DNA from: Spirochaetaceae bacterium
GTDB lineage: Bacteria; Spirochaetota; Spirochaetia; DSM-27196; SLAA01
Assembly: GCA_003552985.1 (NCBI GenBank)
Contig: PUPD01000298.1
Coordinates: 6,729-70,728 of the forward strand
DNA length: 64,000 bases
Direction: 5' to 3'
Numbering within the stretch: the first letter of the stretch is position 1; each line of letters opens with the position of its first letter. A program made the position numbers and the translations under genes. Shown here piece after piece: positions 9,501 to 17,200 of the stretch. Under the pieces are notes generated by a model. The model had not been told where the DNA came from. It saw only the letters and a program-made list of their open reading frames with translations, and did no database searches.

Positions 9501-10253
9501 GCGACCGAGCTCAATCGCCTCTTCGGTCTGCTCGGTAGCTTTGCGCCGACAGGCGCTCAGGACCAGCGCGACGATCAAGCCGAGCGAGGGGAAGATGGTG
9601 AGCCGAACGATCGTGCCGGGACTTCCGATCGTGCCGGCCATGGGCGCCGGCAGGCAGGGCGTACGGAACCGCTTGCATCGGACCCGTTGCTCGGGAGCTC
9701 TGCACGCCGTACCGGGTTCGGGACGCTGGTTCATCGGATCATCGAGTATCGAATCATCGAGCGCAGATCGGGGGCGCACCCGGCCGAGGACGCAGGCGCG
9801 TATCATGCGCTACTCCCCCCGGAGCTGCTCGGCGAGCTCACTGCGGAGGAAGCCCGGCAACTGCTCGAGGACGGCCTTGGGCTGGCGTTGGGCTTTGAGC
9901 GCTCGGAGTTGGGAGCCGAGCTCGCACGCACCGGCGCGTTCGAAAGCGAGCTTGCGTTCACGATGCCGCTTCCGGGGCTCCCTGCTTCGGCGTGGGTTCA
10001 CGGGCAGATAGACCTGCTGGTTCATTCGCCTGCAGGGCCGGGCATGGTTATCGATTTCAAGACCGATACTGAGCTGCGTATTGAGGACTATCTGCTACAG
10101 CTCGCGATCTATCGCGACGCGGCTGGGTCGCTCACCCGCTCGGCGGTTCGCTGTATGCTGTTCGACCTGCGGGCGGGACGCCCGCTGGAACCGCAGCGCC
10201 TGCCGTCGGTTGCTGCTGCCGTGGCTAGCCTCAGAGCGGCGGGCCTGCTCTGA
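6534..10253 (+). CDS. addA: AddA/RexA-like ATP-dependent helicase-nuclease (UvrD/REP superfamily 1)
   Basis: Motifs: AGAGSGKT (Walker A), DEFQDNN, VGDAKQSIYRFRGAD, TIHAAKGLEFPVV, RLLYVALTRAE, and the C-terminal nuclease GQIDLLV...VIDFKTD. The ATG at 6534 (MDADQ) is preferred over the ORF-track start 6432, which overlaps addB. Confidence 0.85.
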   Translation: MDADQIANAEQQSAGANDIGIVQFDRRQSAAIAERRNAVVSAGAGSGKTAVLSERYCRLVRDEHIAVDRILTLTFTRKAAAEMHERIYKRLADLDDELVQEQLARFDRAEISTLDSFCGRVARTRSALFGVAPSFTVDERENLRLARRIALRFLGANAADPVLSGYIAANGFNSVLERGLVRLATNEVTVARPLEFDAMFSRQARRLLNAAAVHLQRLEALRAALLELAAEGDRWLLQLQEALASLSLPNAEALRALGDEFLGETAQEHGNEGQEQYRDRDRAEAGSREERARAAADQLSPAIAFMDGLDLRRGSRSKEGVLAAREQVKDARVTLLEPLRSIRFTLRSLPEHQRLFELLDAFQEQVLQARRQSGVLSYQDVMVMAVELLRREPELRAYYKQQFDQIMIDEFQDNNRLQKELLYLLAERPECCSSAIPAASELETDKLFFVGDAKQSIYRFRGADVGVFRNLAAELPAHAGAALALEANYRSHPHMVRFFNRVFAAVFPEPTAAFEPEFAPIEPQAEYMHPEPEAARPSVTLAWYESDLEPAGGETGEGGGEEAGEKAGEEPAEAAAQQAYHVAQYIASAVEQGTLQISTRDGVRPARYEDFAILLRSTGNQMQFERMLRLFNVPYTAGGMRSLFLDAPAHDLYSILQLCVHPEDREAYAAVLRSPYVALSDHGMLEVLLAEAAPFSEHRFAAEQDQMRYEDAARRYFELCSLADRVPVEELVRIVWIEHGYRYSLLRNPAYHSYLEYYRYLFELAATPTGQTLEEYLASLRENLGQFKRLSALEILHEDQIGVRIMTIHAAKGLEFPVVILADAGNVGSGERAGGEPYYSSAEYGICLNLKPDAGLDGVEEQAANYFYLEGREEADRQEDAEARRLLYVALTRAETHLLLSGVLHSRNRSADSCHLAMVMAALGIDPAAPDASAVPPDLPVRLLAEVIAPVAERELRESGRDDGRGVGPALPADEDVCVAREPVCYEYAATELNRLFGLLGSFAPTGAQDQRDDQAERGEDGEPNDRAGTSDRAGHGRRQAGRTEPLASDPLLGSSARRTGFGTLVHRIIEYRIIERRSGAHPAEDAGAYHALLPPELLGELTAEEARQLLEDGLGLALGFERSELGAELARTGAFESELAFTMPLPGLPASAWVHGQIDLLVHSPAGPGMVIDFKTDTELRIEDYLLQLAIYRDAAGSLTRSAVRCMLFDLRAGRPLEPQRLPSVAAAVASLRAAGLL

Positions 10254-10434
10254 GCTGCGGTATGCGTTGCAGCGTCGGCATCGCGGTGTGAGCCGCAGTG
10301 TGGGCGGGGCGAAAGCGCGGCCCATCGCAGCGGCGACGGGCCTCATACGGTCTGGAGGGTGTATAGCGCTTCAGGCACCCCGAGCGCGGTCATTCGGGTG
10401 AGAAGCCGCGCCCGGTGCCCGTATTCCCCGGCAG

Positions 10435-10905
10435 TTACCCGAGATGTGCGCTCAGCATCCAGACTGTCTTCTCGTGCCCGCGGAGCTCGTTGGTCACGAG
10501 ATCGACCGTACCTTCGTCGCTGTTTTCGCCGGCAGTCTCGATGATGTTCCGCAGGCTCTTCACGAGATACTGGTGATCGCCTAATAGGTCACGAACCATC
10601 TCCTCGTCACCGACCTTGGTGCTCTCGACCTCCTTGATCTTCGCGCGCTTCTGATACTCACCGAGCTTGGTGATGGGACGGTGACCGATCATGAGGATGC
10701 GCTCGGCGATTTCGTCGATGCTTTCCGCCACCGCTTCATAGATTTCCTGCAGCTTTTCATGTAGCGGGAAGAACATTGGCCCTTCCAAGTTCCAGTGATA
10801 CGCGTGCAGTTTGGCGTACAGCAGGTGTAGGTCGGCTAGGTACTGATTCAAAGCCTCTGCGGTCTTTGCCGTTCCCGATTTGTCCAATCCAACGTCTGAT
10901 ACCAT
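10435..10905 (-). CDS. dps: Dps (DNA starvation/stationary-phase protection, ferritin-like)
   Basis: LHAYHWNLEGPMFFPLHEKLQEIYE and IDEIAERI are typical of Dps ferroxidase-site helices. 156 aa. Confidence 0.9.
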   Translation of the reverse strand: MVSDVGLDKSGTAKTAEALNQYLADLHLLYAKLHAYHWNLEGPMFFPLHEKLQEIYEAVAESIDEIAERILMIGHRPITKLGEYQKRAKIKEVESTKVGDEEMVRDLLGDHQYLVKSLRNIIETAGENSDEGTVDLVTNELRGHEKTVWMLSAHLG

Positions 10906-10947
10906 GGTCCTCTCCTTAGCTTCTTAAGGTTGCTTGCGTCTATCCGG

Positions 10948-10972
10948 CCGATTTTTAGAAATCGGAACGATT
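10948..10972. promoter_or_regulatory. Candidate operator upstream of dps (inverted repeat CCGATTT-N4-AAATCGG followed by AACGATT)
   Basis: Read directly as ccgatttttagaaatcggaacgatt. The 9-mer GGAACGATT (10964-10972) recurs at 11427-11435, just upstream of the Fur-family gene. Confidence 0.3.
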
Positions 10973-11003
10973 ACTAATAAGATACAACCGACCTTCCGGA
11001 GCG

Positions 11004-11417
11004 TCAAGTGCTACGCCCGTTCTCGGCACAGTTTGCGCAAAAGCCGGAGAACTCGATGCGCGCGCTCCGGGCTCTGTGCGGGCCCCACTCGTTCACGCGA
11101 TGCTTGAGCGCTTCAATTGCTCCCTCCGGCAGCTCGAGATCTACGATTGCTCCGCACCGCTCGCATAGCAGGTGGCAGTGCGGCTCATCCGCCGCTTCAT
11201 AACGGTCAAACGTGCTGCCGCCCTGGATGCGCTCAATGAGACCCTGCTCGACAAGGATATGGAGGTTGCGGTACACGTTACCCAAACTGAGGCGCGGAAA
11301 CTCCGGCTTGAGCTGATCGTAGACCCAGGCCGCCGTTGGGTGCTCGTCGGTGGAGCGCAACAGCTCGAGGATACGATCTCGTTGTCTACTGCTCCGAAGT
11401 TTATGCGATGTCGCCAT
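11004..11417 (-). CDS. Fur-family metalloregulator (PerR-like by context)
   Basis: 137 aa starting at MATSHK. Winged-helix LSLGNVYRNLHILVEQGLI and CxxC pairs HLLCERCG / CANC. The ORF-track 364-aa version is a spurious upstream extension. Confidence 0.85.
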   Translation of the reverse strand: MATSHKLRSSRQRDRILELLRSTDEHPTAAWVYDQLKPEFPRLSLGNVYRNLHILVEQGLIERIQGGSTFDRYEAADEPHCHLLCERCGAIVDLELPEGAIEALKHRVNEWGPHRARSARIEFSGFCANCAENGRST

Positions 11418-11607
11418 ACGCGAATAGGAACGATTCCGAAGTTTGCTCCCGGGCCAAAGGTAGTACTCCGGCGCCGAGAAGTCAAGCCGCACCCTCGCCG
11501 CCGTTGACCCTCGTCCGTACGGCTGCGTGCCTGTGCGTCTACACGCCTGCCTCCCTGCGGGCGAGCGGAAGATTGCCGTGCCGACAGCCGTTGTGATACC
11601 GTAACCC

Positions 11608-12627
11608 ATGATGACGGCGGACAAGTACGGGAGCGAAGCGGAACCGGAGCCGTGCGAGCCGGGAGAGTCGAGCCGGCCGGGGATATTCGCGGCCCGGGAC
11701 ACTGCCTCGCGCCTGCTGTGCGGGCTCGAACGCGTGTTGTTCGGCAAACGGGAGTTTCTGCTGCGCGTCCTCGCCTGCCTGCTCGCCGGTGGGCATGTTT
11801 TGGTGGAGGATCTGCCTGGGCTCGGCAAGACGAGCCTGGCCAAAGGCATCGCCGGGCTGTTGGCGAACGGAGACAGGCCGGTCCTGTTTCGGCGGATACA
11901 GTTCACGCCCGATCTGTTGCCGTACGATATATCCGGAGTCGATGTGTTTGACCCTGAGCGTCGCGAGTTCGTCTTCAGGCCGGGGCCGGTGTTCGCGAAT
12001 GTGGTGCTCGCCGATGAGCTGAACCGCGCAACTCCGAAAGTGCAATCGGCGCTGCTCGAGGTGATGGCGGAGCGCCAGGTTACGATCGGCGGACGCACGC
12101 ACCAGCTCGGCGCTCCGTTTTTCGTGATCGCGACGCAGAATCCGGTCGAGTTCTACGGCACCTATCCGTTGCCGTTAGCACAGCTCGATCGCTTCCTGAT
12201 GCGGCTGCAGGTTGGGTATCCCGATGATGCGGCCGAGCTCGAGATTCTGAAACAGGACCCCGAGCACACCAGCCTGCCGTCGGTTGAGCCGATCGCAACG
12301 ACAGATGAGCTTCTCGCTGCACAGCTGACTGCACGAGCGGTGCATGTTGAGGAGTCGCTTCTGCGGGCCGTCGTGCAGATCAGCAAGGCGTCGCGCTCGC
12401 ATGCGGTGATCAGCTATGGCGTATCTCCGCGCGGGAGTCTCATGCTGCCGGCTGCGGCGCGCGCGTACGCGTTGTTGTCGGGGCGCGATTACGTGATCGA
12501 TCAGGACCTCATAGACCTAGCGGGCGACGTCATGGCGCATCGAATAGTCGTGGAAGACGAAAGCAGGGACGCCCGTGAGCTGATCCGGGAGCTTACCTAT
12601 GAAGCGGTCGAAAACATCCACCGCTGA
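11608..12627 (+). CDS. MoxR-family AAA+ ATPase
   Basis: GLGKTSLAK (Walker A), VVLADELNRATPKVQSALLEVMAERQVT (Walker B/sensor), and a length typical of MoxR. Confidence 0.9.
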   Translation: MMTADKYGSEAEPEPCEPGESSRPGIFAARDTASRLLCGLERVLFGKREFLLRVLACLLAGGHVLVEDLPGLGKTSLAKGIAGLLANGDRPVLFRRIQFTPDLLPYDISGVDVFDPERREFVFRPGPVFANVVLADELNRATPKVQSALLEVMAERQVTIGGRTHQLGAPFFVIATQNPVEFYGTYPLPLAQLDRFLMRLQVGYPDDAAELEILKQDPEHTSLPSVEPIATTDELLAAQLTARAVHVEESLLRAVVQISKASRSHAVISYGVSPRGSLMLPAAARAYALLSGRDYVIDQDLIDLAGDVMAHRIVVEDESRDARELIRELTYEAVENIHR

Positions 12628-12705
12628 GCTGCGGTCCAGTCCCGGCGGACTGCGCTTGCGAGGCTGGTCTTTTTTTTTGTCGCCGCGGCGCTCATAACTG
12701 TCGGG

Positions 12706-14226
12706 ATGCAGCGTGAAGAGCTCTACGCCTCTCTGTGGGGGGCTGCGTTCCTGCTGGTGACCGGATACGCGTGGCTGGGGGTCCAGCTCGCGCGTCTGTT
12801 TGCGCGTGGCGCACACACAGTAGCGGTGCTCTCGCTCTCGGAGGCGGGGCTGCCTCCCGGTGCCGTGCGCAGCGGCGAGCTACGCGCGAGGATTCCGGGC
12901 CGGCTTCCTCCTGCTATCCGACTTGATTACCTGCTGAGCCTGGCGTGGCATGCAGAACGGCTTGGGGCGCTCGTACCCCTGCGGCCCGGGGAGCAGCGGG
13001 TCACTCTCGAGCTCCGGGCGCGGCGACGCGGCTGCTACATCGGCCCGCCGGGCTATCTGGTGTTTGAGGACCTCTTCGGACTTGCCCGCGGCACGCGCAC
13101 GCTTCCGGGGCGACGCGAGCTTCGGGTGTATCCTGAGCTGCCGGAGGTCGATCGTATACCCTCTTCCAGCGCACTCGACGGCCAATCGACGCCTCGCCGT
13201 GACCGGCGGCGCGAAAGCGACGATCTGATTGAGTCACGCCCGTACGTTCCCGGCGACGATCCTCGCCGGCTGAACTGGAAGCACTACGCGCATCTCGGCG
13301 AGCTGCTGGTGCGGGTTGGCGAGCACACCCCGCCGCCGCGCGGCGTGGTCGCGGTGTTTCTCGACACCGGCTTCGGGTTTGCTTCACACCGAGGATGGAT
13401 TACGCGAAGCTGCCTCTTTCGTCCGAGTGCGGCGGCCCGGCATCGAGCCTGGGGCTGGGCCTATTGCGATCGGCTGGTCGCGCAGTTCTGCGCCGCCGCG
13501 CTGGAGCTGCTGCAGGGAGGCAGGGAAGCGCGCGTATGGTGGCCGGCACTCGACCGGCCGAAGGCGATCGGCGCGGATGATTACGAGTGGTTGCTGTGGG
13601 AGGCCGCGGCGATCTGGTGGAGCGACGGCCTCGATCTCCATACGGGTGCGGGCGCGACCGAGCACCTGAAGCGCGAGCCGCGCGCACGGGTGCCGGGGCG
13701 GCAGGCGCGGACTCGGCCGACGCCGGCCCTAACCCAGCAGGCCCAGACTCGGCCGGCACCGGCCCGGCCGGCGCAGACCTCGTCGGCGCAGCCGCTCGTG
13801 AGCTTCGCTGCCGATCAGGCCGTGGTCGTTGCTCCGGTGGGGTCCCCGACGTTGGCGCCGCTCCTGCGCCATGTGCGCGCGCGATGTCGAAACGTGACCC
13901 TGCGGATCTGCGACTGGCCGTTCGACGGCACTGCCGGGCGCCCACTGTGGTCGCGGATTCTGTTTACCTCTCCCGGGCGGGATCATGACACCGCCGAGGA
14001 GGCAAACCCGGTTTCCTTCGAGGTTCAACCGCCGGCAGCCGCGGCATGGCCGGCAGCCGCGACACCGTCGGCATCGGCAACACGCCTGGCATCGTCGTCG
14101 GCCTCGTCGGCCTCGTCGCCTCCCGCGGCACCCTCGCCGCCGCCGGAGTTCGGGAAGCGTTTGGAGAGTGATATACTCAGTTACAGGCAGAATGAGTGGC
14201 GTCTTAGGAAAGTGGTTGTGACGTGA
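12706..14226 (+). CDS. DUF58 domain protein with long Pro/Ala/Ser/Arg-rich C-terminal region
   Basis: The DUF58 signature is SRPYVPGDDPRRLNWKHYAHLGELLVR. It follows MoxR as in canonical MoxR-DUF58 operons. The true start may lie upstream of 12706 (see findings). Confidence 0.8.
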   Translation: MQREELYASLWGAAFLLVTGYAWLGVQLARLFARGAHTVAVLSLSEAGLPPGAVRSGELRARIPGRLPPAIRLDYLLSLAWHAERLGALVPLRPGEQRVTLELRARRRGCYIGPPGYLVFEDLFGLARGTRTLPGRRELRVYPELPEVDRIPSSSALDGQSTPRRDRRRESDDLIESRPYVPGDDPRRLNWKHYAHLGELLVRVGEHTPPPRGVVAVFLDTGFGFASHRGWITRSCLFRPSAAARHRAWGWAYCDRLVAQFCAAALELLQGGREARVWWPALDRPKAIGADDYEWLLWEAAAIWWSDGLDLHTGAGATEHLKREPRARVPGRQARTRPTPALTQQAQTRPAPARPAQTSSAQPLVSFAADQAVVVAPVGSPTLAPLLRHVRARCRNVTLRICDWPFDGTAGRPLWSRILFTSPGRDHDTAEEANPVSFEVQPPAAAAWPAAATPSASATRLASSSASSASSPPAAPSPPPEFGKRLESDILSYRQNEWRLRKVVVT

Positions 14227-17200
14227 TCGTGGTGCGAAGGTCAGGACGATTTGTATTCGGCCCACTAATCTCGGCGGCTGGTCTCGCCGTTCTGCTGCTG
14301 CGGCTTCTTGCCGCCGCTTTCGTGATCGTGCAGTATCGGCTGCTGCTGCGCGAGGCCGCAACGCTCCCCCCGCTACTCGGGATTGGTGTGGCCGGTCTGC
14401 TTGCCGGAGCCCTCCTGGCGCGGACGCGGCTGCGCGCCTGGGTCGCGGTCGGTTTCGTCGTGGCTGCGCCGTGGGTTCTGCGCGCAGTGATCCTTGCGGG
14501 GTTTGAGCTCTGGCTGTCGCTGATCGGTGAGCGCGCGTTCGAAGCGGGCCTCCACGGTGTAGACGGCCCATTGGGGGCGGCGCTGTACACGCTCCCGCTT
14601 CAGCTCGATCTGGCCCTCTATCCGGCTCTGCCGCTTTTCTATCTGTTTGGTTGGGTCTCGATCGCGGTGCAACGGCGGGCGTGGGGCGTGCCTTTTGAGG
14701 TGGGCCTGTATGCCGTTCTGCTCGCGTTGGTATTCTGGAACGAAGCCGGTGAAGGCGGGCGATTGTACGACCACCCGGGTGCGCTCGCCGGGGTGGTTGC
14801 GGCGTTCGTACTGGTTGAGGTGAAGCTGTTGCTCTTGACGCGTGGCCGGGCCACCCGGCGTCGTGCGGCGCGGCGTGTGCGGCTGCGCGATATCGCCGCC
14901 GCGGCGGCAGTGGTGTTGCCGCTTATTGCGGTAGCGTTCGCCGGCGTGCTCGCGCACCATCGCGACCAGGCGCTCGCCCACCGAGGCGGGCTCCTGCAGC
15001 CGACGATGCTCAGCTTTGAGTTTGCGGATCATCTTAGCCTTGAGTCCGAGATCTCGATGAGCGATGAGCTGGTAGCGCTCGTTCGCTACGAGGGGGCGAG
15101 GCCGGAGACGGATCAGAACCGAGACCTCGATGACGCGGAACCGTCGGCCGGATCGGGGGAAGCGGCTCCGGATGAGCCGGGATCCGCACGCCGGCTCGAG
15201 TCGGCACTCACATCCGAACAGGACGACCCGCCGATACCGGAGTCCGGCCGAAAGCTGCTCCGCCGGGGCGTGTTATCGGGCTACAGCCCCCGCCGGGGCT
15301 TTTACCGTGACGGCGAACGCGAGCCTGATCCGGTGCCGCGGCGAGTTGAGCCGGAGGGGACCCGCTATCCCGGGCCTCCAGACGAGTATCAGCGCGGCGA
15401 AAGGCTGCATCAGGAGCTCTACCTGGTGAACTTCGAACCGCAGGCGCTGCTGGGCTTCAATCAGCCGCTTTCAGCTCGCCCGTACACGCTTCCCGCCGGC
15501 TCGTCCTTCACCGCGGCGTATGCGGTCGAAAGCAGCGTCCCCGCCCCCGAGGCTGAGATCCGTGAAGCCGACGCGCCGAACGACCCCAACACCGTGGGAA
15601 GCGACCGCTATGAGTACTACACCGAGCACGGTGAGGATGAACGGGTGCAGGCGCTCGCCGAGGAGGTAACCGCCGGCGCCGAAAGCCCGGCCGAAGCGCT
15701 CCGGCTGATCGAGGAGTACTTCCATCGGGAGTTCCATTATTCGCTTCGTCCCGGTGTCGCCCCCGACGGAAATCAGTTACACCACTTTCTGTTTCAGGAG
15801 CGCCGCGGCTACTGCACCTACTTCGCGCACGCGATGACGCTGATGTCCCGCAGCCTGGGAATCCCGGCCCGGGTTGCGGTTGGGTTCTATGTGGTTCCCG
15901 AGCTCGAACTGATGGGGTTTCATCCCATCCGCGCCGACATGGCACACGCCTGGGTAGAGGCGTACCTGCCGGAGCTGGGGTGGGTGGAGTATGACCCCAC
16001 TACGGCCGAGCTCGCTCCCGGTGAGGATTTCGAAGCGCCGGCACCCTTCGATTCGGCGCAGCTTGCAGGGCTGGTGGAGGAGATTTTCAGCGATCAGCTG
16101 GAGCTCGACCGAACCGTGGACGAAACGCTGCGCGAGACCGACCCAGCCGCAGGATCCGCGCGCGCGCGCTTGGCGGCTGCGCTGCTCGTGCTGCTGTTGC
16201 TCGGCTACCCGGCGCTGGTCCTGACGCCGCGCCTCGCGTTGCTGGCGGCGCTTCGCCGCGCACAAGACCCTCGGGCTGAAGCGCGGCTCCAGTACCGGCG
16301 CGGCCGCGGGCGTCTCCGTCGGGCGGGGCTCTCGCCTGCGACGTACGAATCGGTCCGCGAGTACGCCGAGCGGGTGGATGCGCTCGGTCACGAATTCGGT
16401 CCGCTCACCGAGCAGTACCTGGCCGCCCAATTCGCGCCCCGGTATGGAATGCGTGAGCGCGAGCGGCTTTTGGATGCCGTTCGGCGCTTCGAGCGCGGCT
16501 TTCGCGCCGCTGTCGGTCCGGCGCGGCGGCTTGCGGCGGCGTTGCGGCCGGATTCGGCGAGCAGGCTGCGACGGTCGGCCCTGATCGCTCTGGCGGTTCC
16601 GGCAATAGGCCTCGCGCTTGCCCTGATCGCGGCCCCGCGGCTGGGCGCCGAACAGCCCGAGCGGGAAATGAGCGAATACGCCGAGGAAGCGGCCATGGCG
16701 GTGCTGCAACAGCGTTACCGCTACGCTCGCGAGGTGCTGATCGAGGGCATCGAGCAGTATCCGGATGCGGTTCGGCTGCACCTCGCTCTCGGCGATCTGT
16801 ACTTTGATCGGGGGCTGTATCGCTCGGCTCTGGATGCGTATCGGCAGGCGGAGCAGATCAATCCGGATAGCTACGGAGCGCTCGACAGTCTGGCCGCGAC
16901 GCTTGCGCGCCAGAACCGCGATGCCGAGGCGACCGAGTATCGGGAGCGGTTCCTGGAGCGGTATCCGGGGCGCCCGGATGCAATCGCAGATCTCGGTTGG
17001 CTGTACTTCAAGACACAGCGGATCGATGAAGGGATCGCTTTGCTCGAAGAGGCGGTGGAGGAGCATCCCGAAGATCGAGGACTCTGGATGACGTTCGGTA
17101 CGCTTCTCGGGGCTGCCTACGAGCACGCAGAAGCGGTCGAAGCCTATGAACGCGCGATTACGATTGCCGAGCGCCAGGAGGACCGGCGGTTCGCCTCGGT

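Noticed and set aside
11418-12098. N-terminal 227-aa extension of the Fur-family ORF (ORF track 11004-12098).
   Set aside because: The extension is Ser/Arg/Pro-rich, crosses the divergent promoter region and runs antisense to moxR. The Fur-family domain is complete from MATSHK at 11417.
12641-12678. Hairpin CAGTCC-cggc-GGACTG followed downstream by the T9 run, considered as an intrinsic terminator after moxR.
   Set aside because: The T tract begins about 14 nt after the stem rather than adjoining it. Termination here would also uncouple DUF58 from MoxR, contrary to the conserved operon. The T9 run is better discussed as part of the DUF58 5' coding problem.
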